Source: the human T2T-CHM13v2.0 reference genome, Homo sapiens. From it: 64,000 bases of DNA. Under the pieces are notes generated by a model. The model searched no databases, was not told the origin of the DNA, and saw only the letters and a program-made list of their open reading frames with translations. Shown one piece after another: positions 49,694 to 63,722 of the stretch. Each line of letters starts with the position of its first letter. Position 1 is the stretch's first letter. The translations under genes were made by a program, and so were the position numbers. The stretch is from the NCBI RefSeq assembly GCF_009914755.1, contig NC_060925.1. The stretch is one strand, 5' to 3'.

Positions 49694-50519
49694 AGCCAGG
49701 TGGGCTAGTAGCCTCTGGCGGGTTGTACACCTCTTGGTGCTGTCCTCCATCTCAGTGCTGAAAACCTTTCCCCTCTAGCTTGAGGTCATAGGTATAACCT
49801 TGTTCAAGAAAGCTAAGGAGAAGCTAAGCAGGCCAAGACCACACAAAGGGCTGCTGACAACCCCTGGGCTCTTGCTCAGTCCTTTTTTTCTGCTCTGCCA
49901 ATGTGGAAAAGCAGACAGTCATCTTGCAAACACACCCTCCTACAGGCTGCCTTATAGCCAGCTTTTTTTTTTCTCTCTCTCTCTCTCAAGGAATGGGAAA
50001 TTTTATCAGAGTCCATATATGCTGTAATTCAGAGACAGTTCATATCACTGTGTCTAGCATTAAGTACTAACTATACTGTACACTCCATTTGCTGACATCC
50101 AGAAATGTAACATCCTGTCCCATGTCATTTCAGTCCAGAGAAATGACATGAGGTGATGCTTCGGAGCATTCAGCTTCCAACCCAGCATCCCCCTAGAGAG
50201 GGAGTCCCCTCTATTTCCTCCCAGACAGATGTTCGTTCAGATTCTTCTTGCACACCTGTGGTGATGGGGAGTTCATGGTCTTCCAAAGGAACCCATCCAG
50301 TGGTTGGCAATTCAATTCACTAGAAGGTTTTCCTCATCCTGAGCAGAAATCTGTCTTACTGAGACTCACTCCCTGGATTTGGTTATTACCTCTCCAAATC
50401 CAGGAGAGGTAATAAACTTGTTTGGCAGCACAGAACAAGTTTGCTTCTTTTGTCCAATGATGTCTGTTTAGCTTTTTGGAGACTGTGATCTTTCTTTCCT
50501 ATTCCCACTCCCTCTTATT

Positions 50520-50841
50520 ATGTATGTATGTATGTATGTATTTATTTATTTCAGCCAGAGTCTCACTCTGTCACCCAGGCTGGAGTGCGGTGGCATGATC
50601 ATGGCTCATTGGCTCACTGCAACCTTCACCTCCCAGGTTCAAGCAATTCTCCTGCCCCAGCCTCCTGAGTAGCTGGGATTACAGGTGCGTGCCACCACGC
50701 CTGGCTAATTTTTGTATTTTTAGTAGAGACGGGCTTTCTCCATGTTGGCCAGGCTGGTCTCGAACTCCTGACCTCAGGTGATTCTCCCGCCTCAGCTTCC
50801 CAAAGTGTTGGGATTACAGGTGTGAGCCACCGCACCCGGCC
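50520..50841 (-). mobile_element. AluSx-like element with (TATG)n tail, inside a CR1/L3-like relic (~50250-51450)
   Basis: Antisense Alu dimer. Flanking gatggggagttc...agaaggttttcctcatcctgagc resembles L3. Confidence 0.8.
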
Positions 50842-51604
50842 TATTTTTTATTTTAAACAATAAACTGCTCCAGTCTCCTCATTCCTTTCTAATGGGGAAG
50901 GATTTGCAGATACCTCACTTTCCTAGTCATATTCCAAATGATCACAGCTACCATTTAGTGAGCACATAAATATTTTTGCCTACATTTTCCACACGTAAGT
51001 TCATTAAACTTTCATAACTATTATAACAAGGTAGATATTACTATGACCATCTTTCAGGTGAGGAAACTAAGATCTAGAGATGTTAAATAACTTGCCTAAG
51101 ATCACACAGTTTTATTAAAGAAATAGAAGTAGGGTTTGAATGCAGAATTAGAACCCAAAGTTGCCTGGCTCCAAGTTTTTGCTCTTAAATAATCATTATA
51201 CCTGCTGTTTGTGTAGTCTATGATCCAATTAATCAATGTAGTTTTAACTATATGGGCCAATATGTGATCACATTATGGAAGTGACCTGGCCAAGGAAACA
51301 TGGATCTAGACTATTGCCTCTCTCATCTTATGTAATCTGCCTCTTTTCATGCTATCTAAAATGATGCTATCATTTCCAAAAGGCTGATACACTCTTGGTG
51401 CATGCCAAGCTGGTTGCAGTCAATTAAACTCCCCAGGACTTTGACATGGGAACTGCTGGAAATCAAGACTTGACTGTTGTCCCTTATTTTGAAAACAAAG
51501 TCCCTGACCTCAAAGTCAGGGTTATATCAGTTTTGGGGTTTGCCTGTTGGTTCTTGAGTAGTGGGGACTGAAAGGGAAAGGTGCCAAGAATGCTCAGAGG
51601 AACA

Positions 51605-52930
51605 GAGGAGCTGCACAAAACACTTTATTTGTGTTCCTCTGGGCAAAACGAACCCAGGGGAGAAGCTGTATATACAACATGACATTTGTAGCCAATCAAC
51701 ATATGGCTCTTTGTCATCATTTCTGAAAACTAGCATGCAAAGGAGAACAAGTTTTCTTTTTGATTTTTGTAGCAAACTTCAATAATCTCCAACCCAAACA
51801 AACAAACAAACAAACAAACAAACAAAAAATGCTGTAGTGGAGCTCTGTGCTAAGGGATTTTCCTCCCTGGAGCCTCCCTTCCTCTCCCTGTGTTCTAATC
51901 CTCATTTCCGGGAGGTCATTTTAATTAGCAGGCTGTCATGGTGACTCAGCCTGCTGTTTCCACAGACAGGAAGGGAGCAGACCCCCCTGGACCCATTCAT
52001 CATACAAAGGCACTTTACTCTTCACAAAAATGCCAATATTTAGCTTGCCACACCTTGGGAATTGCTACTACTGTTTTATTTTATCATTCCTCCCTGCCTC
52101 AGGGTGCATCCTTCTGTCTTTTGCATCTTCCTTGCCTGGCAATCACCCTTTCCTCATTGCAGATTAGCAATGCCTACATCTTCAGGGGCCAGGCTTAATC
52201 CCTGTCACCTGGGATCTGGAGACCTTAACCATAATAAACCTTTTAAAATGAGTGACCAGTGCTTTTTGTCTTTAGAGCTAAAATTTTAATTAAACTACCG
52301 AGGAAATTGGGAAACAGCTCTCAAAACAGTTTTCTAAATCTGCATGCTGGGGTTTGAGGGAATCAGCAAGCATGCAGCTTAGATACAGTGACCATATATT
52401 TAAGTCCACCGTTGATTTCAAAAATTCTGTCCCATTGTTCCCTAGGATGCATTTGCCCTTTGGTTGCATGTGTTGTTGCTGTTGTTTTGGATCAGAAAAT
52501 ACAAACACTGCATTTCTAAAGCTGTAAACAACCAAGCCTATTTAAAAGGTAACCATCTGCAGTAACTATAAAACTTAAAAATGTAAAGTGGCTTTGAAAG
52601 AACTGACCTGATATGTGTCAAATCTCTTAAAAGGGATGTGCAGGTTTTCCTCATCTTGGAAGATCTCTATGTTGTAGAAAATAGCATCTGTGCTCACCTG
52701 GTTCCGATCTCCTATTTTGTTCCTGAGCTTTTTGAGCTGAAGGCTTACAATTGATTTTCCATTGGAAAAAGGGAAAATCAGTGATGAAGTTTCTCATTGT
52801 ATCCCTTCCCTTTCACTAGCCTATGCATTAATCCACAAATCCTTGGAAGCTAGAGAAGAGTGATTAATTTCATTCCCCAGCAGAAAATGCATGCTCCTGT
52901 CCCCATAAGACCTCCCAGGACTCCGTGTCT
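51605..52930 (-). other. AGBL4: AGBL4 proximal 3' UTR (~1.3 kb)
   Basis: Repeat-poor sequence between the stop codon and a minus-strand AATAAA at 51624-51629. The cleavage site is approximate. Confidence 0.75.
51624..51629 (-). terminator. Polyadenylation signal AATAAA (AGBL4 proximal end)
   Basis: tttatt on the plus strand, 1.3 kb downstream of the stop codon. Confidence 0.7.
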
Positions 52931-53051
52931 TTAAAAAGGGGTTGAAGGGTCTTTGTGGTTCACTGAGCTCTTCTTGTCCCCTTTGCTGTTGGGGTAGTTG
53001 CTGGCTGGGCCCCGCAGGAGTGGGTGCTTGTAAGGAGGGGATTTTTCTTTC
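52931..53051 (-). CDS. AGBL4: AGBL4 canonical last coding exon, (R)KEKSPPYKHPLLRGPASNYPNSKGDKKSSVNHKDPSTPF*
   Basis: Pyrimidine tract and acceptor ...tccccctttgcag| at 53052. The 121 nt equal 1 nt + 39 codons + TAA (52931-52933), and the peptide matches the recalled AGBL4 C-terminus. The ORF track shows this region in a different frame (52821..53114). Confidence 0.93.
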
Positions 53052-53599
53052 CTGCAAAGGGGGAGATAACAGAAAGAGAGAAGACAGCCCATATACACAC
53101 TGTGATGAAATCATTTGTGTGCATGTCTATCTTCCCCACTGGACTGTAGCCTCCCAGGAACAGTAACCTAGTCTTCTTCCCACAGACACTAAAGGTGACA
53201 AAAATGAGCAGACATTGATACTGTCTTCAAGTTGCTTATAGCTTAGGAGAGGGGATAATTGTATAAAATAACTACACAAAACAATAACTATAATATGTGT
53301 CAGGAAGTGGTTAGTGTCATAAATATGAGAATCTCTTGAACTAAGTTTGAATTCAAATTGAAGATGTGGCTTTTGTAACCCATCAAGCTCTGACCTTGGT
53401 ACACCCATTTTTCTTTACTGTTGATGAGTCATGAATAAGGTAAAGACAGAATAGGTGGCAGCACATAAAGGGACACTTTGCCCTAACATACTGCCCCCTC
53501 CACCAGGAAGCCTCACTGCCTGAAAATCCACATTCATTGAAGAGCCTTGCTAACATAACAAGGCTGCCAGAATAGGTGAGATACAGCCCTGGAGCACAT

Positions 53600-53730
53600 G
53601 CATGGTATGTTACTTACGGGCAATGTCATCTTGAAGCAGTTCCTTACCTTCTCTGGACTTCTATTTCTTTATTTCTAAAATAGGAGAAAAATTCATGTCC
53701 TTCCTGCCTCTTAGGCTCTAGTAAATGGAA
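53600..53730 (+). mobile_element. MIR core overlapping the AGBL4 microexon (antisense to the gene)
   Basis: cagttccttaccttctctggacttctatttctttatttctaaaataggagaaaa aligns with the MIR core aagttacttaacctctctgagcctcagtttcctcatctgtaaaatggggataat. Confidence 0.7.
53648..53674 (-). CDS. AGBL4: AGBL4 27-nt coding microexon, (R)NKEIEVQR(R)
   Basis: Acceptor ...tttttctcctattttag| and donor AG|GTAAGG. The length preserves frame and gives ...PRLRNKEIEVQRRKEKSPP..., matching the recalled human AGBL4 protein. Confidence 0.88.
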
Positions 53731-56700
53731 GTTGAAGAGGTGCTATTCATCTGTCATTGAAGGATGTTGTTTTTAACACCCAAACGGAGCATAGGACGTA
53801 AGTATGTTTTTATGGGGAAAAAGAAGAGGGAAGCCCAGATTTGGTCATAGCTGGGGCAGCCATGGGGGGATAGTGGCAAGGGGATAAGTTGTGCAGAGGC
53901 TAGAGAGGACAGTGAATGTGCAGAAGGACTTAGGGAGGGTGGGCTAGGAAGGCAAAAAGCCATCAACCAAAGATGGGGACACGAGAGAGCAAGGAGCCAC
54001 TGGAAGGCAAAACATCCCATACCCTTAGGCCTCTGCAGAGGCTGTTTCCTTCCCTACCTCTCTAGTCTCACCTCTTTTTGGAAGACAAACTCCCACAAAA
54101 TAAGCCTCCCCCATCCCCAGGCCTTTGTAGCACTTTGTACATTTCATCGCTCCTCACCCTGCTGTTTTCTAGGTTGTTCTTTGCTCATCTCTTTCTCTCA
54201 TGAGACGATAAGTTTGATGTGTACGCTTTTTCTCTATAATTCCTGAGCCAAGTGCAGGTCTGGTGTGGAGTAGGTGCTTGAGGAGTATTTGATGACTAGA
54301 AATGAACTTTCTGTCTTATCTTTACCATATCATTTACTCTAAACGTTCTGGCCTTGTCACTGCCATGGAATGTGTCTTGTTAGGTCCTGCTTCTGCCTGT
54401 TCTCTACTCTATTCCCCAATACAGAATACCCTTTATCCCCTTTCTATTTCATCAATCAAAATTCCATATGTCTGTTAAAGCCAAGTTCAAATGCCACTTC
54501 TTCTCTGAAGTTTTCTTGGACATGCCTGCCAGCTACAAAATACTTGCCAGATTTGGTAGGAGAGGAACTTCTGCTTGGGTCTCACTTTTCTTTTCTTTAG
54601 TGTGAAGGGGTTGAAGTCGGTAATTTTGGGGGCTTCTTCAGTTCTACCACAGCTCAGTAACAGTCATGGATTATTTAGAATTTAATCTATGCTAGGCCCT
54701 GCACCATGCACTAAGGATACAGAAGTAAGTAAGACTGAGGACACTGAAGCTACCAGAGAAGCCAGACATGCATAGAAGCCATGACAATACACCACAGGAC
54801 ATACCATGCTAGAGGTATGTACAAAACACAGTTAGGAGCTCAGCAGAGAGGAAGCAGCTCTGTCTTGGGCAGAGAACATGGACAAGGAAACAGGTTGTGA
54901 TATTTGGACTGAGTTTTGAATGATAATTATGAGCTCACCATCTACAAGCAGAAAGGGAGCTCATTCCAGCAAGAGGAAAAAGGATGTACAAAGACATGGA
55001 GGCAAGAAAACAGCTAACTTGTTCAGGCTGAAGCATAGGGCACGAGGTGACAGAAATCAGGTGGGAGGGACAGGGTGCTCACAGGGGTGGAGGGGTGGTA
55101 GAAAGCAGTAAATGAAGTTTAAAATGTAGGCCAAGGTCTTGAATAACAAGAAGAGTTGAAACATTACCCTAAAGGTAATGGGGAGCCATAGAAGGTTTTT
55201 GAGAGAAGGCATAATCTGATACATAGTTGAGTACTTATACACTTTTCAGTATTGTTTGTTATGTTTGCATTTGTACTTGCCTTTATCCTCCATAAATCTG
55301 AGCACACAATGGGCAGGGGCTATTTATAATCCTCTAGCAGTTGGCACAAGGACTGGCACGTAGTGGGCTCCAGTGTGTTGAGGAGCTGACAAGCCCCGTT
55401 ACACACACATACACACATCATAACCTCACCATGGAGCCAGCCCTGCCAGCCTGTGACTAAGCCTGAGTCCACCTCTTGCTCAGAGGCCACACTCATGCTC
55501 TGTTTACCTACAGAAGCACACCTGCTCTGTTTCTTCTTCCTGTCTGATTTTGTCCCCTTTGCTGGAGCATTTTGGGCTTGCGACTATACCACTGTGTGCT
55601 AAACAAAATGTGGGACCTCAGCTTTGGTCATCAATGCCATGCCCCTGAGCCTGAGCTCTTGTGCCCACATTGCTGCCCCTCCTGAGGGACCCTATCTGAA
55701 GGGTGTCCCAGTATCCAATGATGCCGGCAGGCTTCTGCCAGCGTGTGAGCAGAAAGTGACATATTGTAATTATCCATGGAGATGGGAGAAAACAAAGATT
55801 AGTTTTTAGTCAAAACATGTAATTTTCCTTTAAAGCCAGACTGCTCTTTCACTTAAGCTATTTGATGCTTGGGTGGAAAATAATACAAAAAAGGGGAAGT
55901 ATTTATATCCCAAATTAGAGCTCAGAGTCTTGTATCCTCCTGGGAATTCATTTTTAAAGCATTACTGACCAATCTAGAGCTAAATGGTGCTCACAGTTTG
56001 ATGAGGCAGAGGTGTGTGCATAGGGAGGAGGTTATTAAGTTTTTTCTTAATTTAAAGGTGGGTGCATTTAGCTCAAGTCCTCAAAACTCTGAACTCATGA
56101 GGAAGGAGCTCTCTAGATCTTTTCTGAAGAGGGCTCCAAAGCTCAAGGCAAGGAAGTGCCATGAACAGTTAAACTCAGGGCCCTGAGATCTCCCCTATGT
56201 CCTTTAGATCCGTGTCGGGGTTCCATCCTCTCCCATCTCCACGAACTCTTCACTGGTAGACACTGAACACACTGCATGGCAGGGTGAGGGCCTGTGCTCC
56301 AGTCCTGGCTCTGACCACATGACTCTGACCAGCTCCTTCTGCTCCCTAAGTCCCCATGTCCTCATCTGTATCGTGAAGAGAGTCTAGAGGATCACTAAGG
56401 TCTCCCTGAGTGTCAGCACCATTTCATTGGTATATGACAATGCAACATGCAAGAAAAAAATGATTAAGGATCAAGATAATTTTATTTAGGCAGAGGACCT
56501 GAAAGAGACAATCCCCAAATTAACTTGTAAATGAGATTCTAAGAATTCTTTTGAGTTTTATAAAGCTTTAAACGTTTAAGAACTTTAACCAATCACGAAT
56601 GACTTCTAAGAATGAACTGAGCATTTTCCTCTAGATGTGAGCTCCTCAGAGGCAGGGGTCATGCTTTAATCAGCCACTCATCCCAGCACTTCCCTCCTGT

Positions 56701-58399
56701 CAGGGGCCTGGTATAAAGTGTTGCTTTTCCTGAGTGAATGAATGAATGTATACATGCACGTATGCACAATGCAGGACAGGCACTTCAGGGGCACAAGAAA
56801 TAGACGTGATTCTCCTGCAAGAGTTTCTAATATGCCATGGTGGTGGGGCACAAAGACCCTAGATGATTTAGAAACAATCTGGGACAGGGTATCAGAATAC
56901 CTTGTCATGAAGACTCTATGACATGGGGCTAAGAGATGTATGACTCATAGCATTGTGGAACATAGGCCCTGAGACATCACCCAAACAAATAAGTCAAAGA
57001 CTTGCCCTAGGTCTTGATGAGTTGGTTGGAAATCTGGGACTGCAACCCAGAAACTGGAGGACATGAAAACATTTATTGAGCATCTACTAGCTGCTGGGCA
57101 CTATACTAAGCTTGTATCCATTCTACAAAACCATATTTAGAGATTGTTGTTATTATCCCCATTTATAGGTAAGTAGAAAAAAGCTTCAAGAGGCCAAGAA
57201 ACTTGCCTAAGATCCTATAACTCACATGAGTCTGAGACAGAATTTGAACCCATGCTGATGAACTTCTACTTGCGGTGAACCTTAGCTAGACTTCAATTCA
57301 GCTTTCAAATCATAAAAGCCTAGGATGAAACCCTGGCTCTCCCAAAAACTCTTTGACCTCAGGCATCTCAGACCTTCTCATCATCTTTCTTAGTCTCCTT
57401 TTCCTCATTTGTAAGATGGGAAATACAATGTCTATGAGGAATAAATAATACAATGTACACAAAGTACTCTGTACAATAAATAACGGTGATTTATATTGTT
57501 TTTATCAATAACAGCGTAGGGAGGAAGGTGCATCAGTGCAAAGGCCCTGAGGCACCCACATACATGAGCAAGGTCATGGCAAAGGTCAGTGGAAAGAATG
57601 GTCTGGCAGGAGCCGGGAGTTGGGCATTGTCATGTCCTTCAAGTAGGATGGACCACTGAAGGAGTGGGAGATGAGTCTAAGAGGTAGGGCAGGGCCAGCA
57701 CATTCCAGATGCCATGTGATGTCACTGTTCTCATGCTAGCTGGGTTCACAGCCAGTGGTCATGGAAGTGCCCAGTGCTTCAGGCTCTGGCCAAGTCCTCA
57801 GACAGGATGGAGGCTCACCTCCTGACCTTCTCTCCTCAGCAGCCCTGCAAGTTGGCCCCAGAAGAGGACCCAAGGTAGAACTTCTCAAGGGTGTGTCCTC
57901 TCCAGCCCAAATCTTTACATCTTGAGGGAAGGAGACTATCATGTACTGACAGCACTGTGCTGGGTGCTTTAACACATATCTCATAATAATCATGTATGTG
58001 AGGACTGCTGTCCTCACTTTATAGATGAGGAAACCGAAGGATCAGAGAAGTTCATATAGGAACCTCAGAGGATGAGGTATCAGGAGAGGTAGCACATAGA
58101 AACACCCAAATTTAGAACAATGACTGAACTCAGCTCCCCAGCAAGCCCCATCCCTGTGGATTCCTAAGTTAGAACCAGAAATGTGACCATGCCCTCACTG
58201 TCTGACCCCTTAATGACACTTTCTTTATGCTCAGGAACTATGCTCTTCTGCCCCATAAAATCTCGGTGGCAGGGCCAGGATTATCTTTCCTGCGGCACAG
58301 ATGGGATGCTGAGTGTCAGCAAAAGGCTAAGGGAAGTTGCCCCTGAATACAGCCCGTGGAGCAGAACTCAAGCCGAAACCTCTCTGCTCTGCCACTTAC

Positions 58400-58496
58400 C
58401 GCAGTCTCGGCATGGGAATTGCCACCTTTTCAACCACGGGGTTCAGCCGATAATAGTCCAAAAAGGTTCTTGCCACATTCCGCCCCAGCTTCATAT
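58400..58496 (-). CDS. AGBL4: AGBL4 (CCP6) internal coding exon, 97 nt, encoding (Y)MKLGRNVARTFLDYYRLNPVVEKVAIPMPRL(R)
   Basis: Minus strand has acceptor ...cacacctgcag| at 58497 and donor CG|GTAAGT at 58399. The frame is open, and the peptide matches the AGBL4 C-terminal region as I recall it. Splice phases join cleanly to the next two exons. Confidence 0.93.
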
Positions 58497-59149
58497 CTGC
58501 AGGTGTGTGCATTAAGGAGCAACTTCGAAAACAGATTGAGACAGAGTGAAAAGAGAACTACTAATAAAAATAATAACAGTAATAAAAACAGTTACACACT
58601 CATTGTTCTAAGCTTTTTGTATGCGCTGTCTTTTTTGATCCTTGAAAAACCTTAAATGGTAATCACTATTATTATCCTAATTTTATAGATAAGAAAACTG
58701 AGGTGCACAGAAGTGAAGTAATTTGCCTAAGGTCACAAAACTGGGAAAAGGAGGAGCCAGGATATGAGTCTAGGGAGTCATAACCCAAAGCCTGTGCTCA
58801 TAGCTTTCAGGGTACAGCCCTTTGGAAATCACTGGGCTGCTCTGGTCTAGCCTCAGGTGGCTCAGGATGGAGCCAGGTAAGCAAAAAACCCAAGGACAAG
58901 AGACATTTGTTGCATATAGACAAGGGCCTGCTTGACCCTTAGGGCTCAGTCATCCACTTTAGTAACCTCAGGCACAATGGTAAAACCCTGTGACCCTAAA
59001 CAGTGTTCCCACTGCACCTTGAAATTCCTCTGACAATGAATCTTCCTGGTAAAGATTTGTGGCTGTAAAAGCACAAACTTCTTGGGGAAGGGCCAATTTC
59101 ATATTGACCATTAACACCTTAATGTGAATAAGTACAACAATCATTATTC

Positions 59150-60564
<1,415 letters not shown>

Positions 60565-60602
60565 CTAATACTTATATAATGTTTAATACGTGCTAGGCAA
60601 TC

Positions 60603-61667
60603 TTTTTTTTTATATATACTTTAAGTTCTGGGATACATGTGCAGAACGTGCAGGTTTGTTACATAGGTATACACGTGCCATGGTGGTTTGCTGCACCCAT
60701 CAACCCATCATTTACATTAGGTATTTCTCCTAATGCTATCCCTCCCCTAGCACCCAACCCCCTGACTGGCCCCAGTGTGTGTTTTTCCCCTCCCTGTGTC
60801 CATGTGTTCTCATAGTTAAACTTCCACTTATGAGTGAGAACATATGGTGTTTGGTTTTCTGTTCCTGTGTTAGTTTGCTGAGAATGATGGTTTCCAGCTT
60901 CATCCATGTCCCTGCAAAGCACATGAACTCATTCTTTTTTATGGCTGCATAATATTCCGTGGTGCATATGTGCCACATTTTCTTTATCCATTCTATCATT
61001 GATGGGCATTTGGGTTGGTTCCAAGTCTTTTCTATTGTGAATAGTGCTACAATAAACATACGTGTGCATGTGTCTTTATAGTAGAATGATTTATAATCCT
61101 TTGGGTATAAACCCAGTAATGCGATTGCTGGATCAAATGGTATTTCTAGTTCTAGGTCCTTGAGGAATTGCCACACTGTCTTCCACAATGGTTGAAATAA
61201 TTTACACTCCCACCAACAGTATAAAAGCGTTCCTATTTCTTCACATCCTCTCCAGCATCTGTTGTTTCCTGACTTTTTAACGATCGCCATTCTAACTGGC
61301 GTGAGATGGTATTTCATTGTGGTTTTGATTTTCATTTCTCTAATGACCAGTGATGATGAGCTTTTTTTCATATGTTTGTCAGCTGCATAAATTTCTTCTT
61401 TGGAGAAGTGTCTGTTCATATCCTTTGCTCACTTTTTGATGGGGTTGTTTTTTTCTTGTAAATTTGTTTAAGTTCCTTGTAGATTCTGGATATTAGCCCT
61501 TTGTCAGATGGAGAGATTGCAAAAATTTTCTTCCATTCTGTAGCTTGTCTGTTCACTCTGATGGTAGTTTCTTTTGCTGTGCAGAAGCTCTTTAGTTTAA
61601 TTAGATCCCATTTGTCAACTTTGGCTTTTGTTGCCATTGCTTTTGGTGTTTCAGTCATGAAGTCTTT
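60603..61667 (-). mobile_element. 5'-truncated L1PA (approx. L1PA7/8) containing the ORF2 C-terminus and 3' UTR
   Basis: ORFs 60736..61419 and 61416..61679 are the L1 ORF2 C-terminus (CWRGC...CWWEC). Poly(A) tail and 16-bp TSD cgtgct(a/g)ggcaatctt. Inserted in a MIR. Confidence 0.93.
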
Positions 61668-62138
61668 CGTGCTGGGCAATCTTCTAAGTGCCTTTTGTAT
61701 ACTGACTCATTCAATTCTCACAATAACCCAATGAAGTAGGTATATTATTCCCACTGTTCAGAGAAGATAAGGGATTTCCCCAAATGTTGGGCACCTAATG
61801 AAGAGCTGGGATTGAAAGTGAGTACCCTGGCTGCATGTGTTTATCGACCTTCCCAAACTACCTCTCCAGCACCTGCACCATTCCATATTCACTTCTGTGT
61901 CTCTCTTGCCTAATAAGTGGTAGGTTACCTTCCACGTACTGAGAAACAAGACTCACACCCCTGACTCAGGAGTAGGTGAGGGGGGCATGCAGGGTAATAT
62001 GCAGAGGAGGAGGAACCTGAGGTTGGTCCTAGAGGATCAGTGGAGAAGGACCATTCTCAGCTGGGCTATAAAGGCTGGACAACTGAAGGGGCATTTCGGG
62101 GAGAAGACACAGAGTGAGTAACAGTGCAGAAATGATTT

Positions 62139-62201
62139 ACCATCCATCCATCCATCCATCCATCCATCCATCCATCCATCCATCTACCCGTCCATCCATC
62201 C
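62139..62201. repeat. (CCAT)n tetranucleotide microsatellite
   Basis: Directly visible. Confidence 0.95.
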
Positions 62202-63184
62202 AACAAGCATATTTGGAAGCCTCCAGTGTGTCAGGGCTTGTGTGAGAGGAGTGTTTGGTGGGAGGGGTCTTGGTAGGTCATAGTGGAAAGGACAAAGTGG
62301 AGTGGGAAGAAAAGATGCAGTTGCTTGCATTTGCAGGATTGTTGGGCAGTTGCCACAGGCCTTCCTTCAGTGCTGTCTAGGGCTGGGCCAGGTCTCCTGG
62401 GCCATTACTCCATCCAGGACCATGGAGATGGACAAGTGTTTGAGAAATGGGCAAGTGAGTTCTCAGTACCTTCTTCAAGAAGTCCCCAAGCTGGGGTTGG
62501 ACATGGCCTAGGACATGAAACTTAGCATTTACGGAGCACCTACTATGTGCCAGGCACTGCACTGGCTGCTTTGCCTACAAGTGCATTTTAATTTTCAAAA
62601 CAATCCAGTAATGAAGGCTATTTTATCTCTTTTTTGTTATGGGAGGTTAAGGAATTTGTCCAAGGCCACATAACTGGTAATGGCACTGTCAGGACTCAAA
62701 CCCAGGCAGGTTTGACTCCAGAACCATGAGCTTTCCACTATCCTGGCCCATTTCCTGATTTGAAGGCACCTTTTCTGTCAAAGCCTGAGTCATCCCAGGC
62801 CAGTGCCTGATGGGAGAAGGAAAAACACCAGACAAGTTGTTTATGACAGTGAAATGTACTGCAGGCTCACTGGGCTCTGGGGCTGCCACCTGCTTTCTTC
62901 CTCTGGATGTGACTGACCTCCTCTGTCCTCTTGTTTAAAAAGTTCACAAGCTGGCATTGGGCATGACCTCTCTGAGCAGCAGACTCTGGAGGCAGTCTCA
63001 CCCAGCTTTCACCCAGCCAGTCTCCATTTGGCTGGAGGAAACCAAATGGTGGTTGTGTGCGCCAGCAGTAAGAGCTACAGGGCAGAGAGGAAAGCAGAGG
63101 TTCCTGTGGACTGAGGTAAAAGATTGCAGCAAACATTGTGGAGGCAGATATATTTAATCCAAATCCTGGCTCTGCCACATGCTG

Positions 63185-63722
63185 TGTATGGCAGATCGTA
63201 TTTTCCAAAGATGCCTGCAACAATATCTCCAATCTCACATGTTATTGTAGTACATGACCTTGCCACTCCTTCCACTGAGTAGTATACTTACTCTTCCCTT
63301 GAATTTGGTTGGGCCTGGGACTTGTTTGTAACCAAAAAAATGGCAGAAGTGAGAGAAGTGAAACAGTGGGATTTCTGAGGTGAGGCCAGAAAAGGTGAAG
63401 AAACTTGTACTTGCTTGCTGAAATTCTCAAGCTGGAATCCCGAGCCTCCATGTGAGCAGTCTGACTGCCCTGAGACCCTGAGACCCTGAGACTACAGAAA
63501 AAGAGAAGAGAGAGATTCCCAGCCAGCCTACAGCTCCCCCAGCACTGTACTGTTCCATCTCCAGCCATTGTCTGACTGCAACACACCACTCTTCAAGCTA
63601 GAACCACTCAGCTGAGGCCTCCTCAAATTTCTGACCCACAGAGAACATAGGAAAATAGCTATTGTTTTAAGCCACTAAGTTTTGGGGAGATTTTCTAATG
63701 TAGAACTAGAGAACTAGAATAC
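63185..63722 (+). mobile_element. MaLR LTR (MLT1G/H-like)
   Basis: gtattttccaaagatg...ttttaagccactaagttttgggg...aactagaatac. Confidence 0.7.

Noticed and set aside
51840-52600. Repeat-poor motif-rich block first read as an enhancer
   Set aside because: It is explained by the AGBL4 3' UTR; a separate enhancer role cannot be supported from sequence alone.
52821-53114. 97-aa ORF MISSQCVY...
   Set aside because: It overlaps the real AGBL4 last exon in the wrong frame and starts in the intron.
58183-58655. Plus-strand ORFs of 110 and 99 aa
   Set aside because: They are antisense shadows over the AGBL4 exon 58400-58496 and resemble no protein.
60736-61679. 227-aa and 87-aa ORFs
   Set aside because: They are the L1 ORF2 C-terminal remnant of a 5'-truncated element and cannot encode a functional ORF2p.
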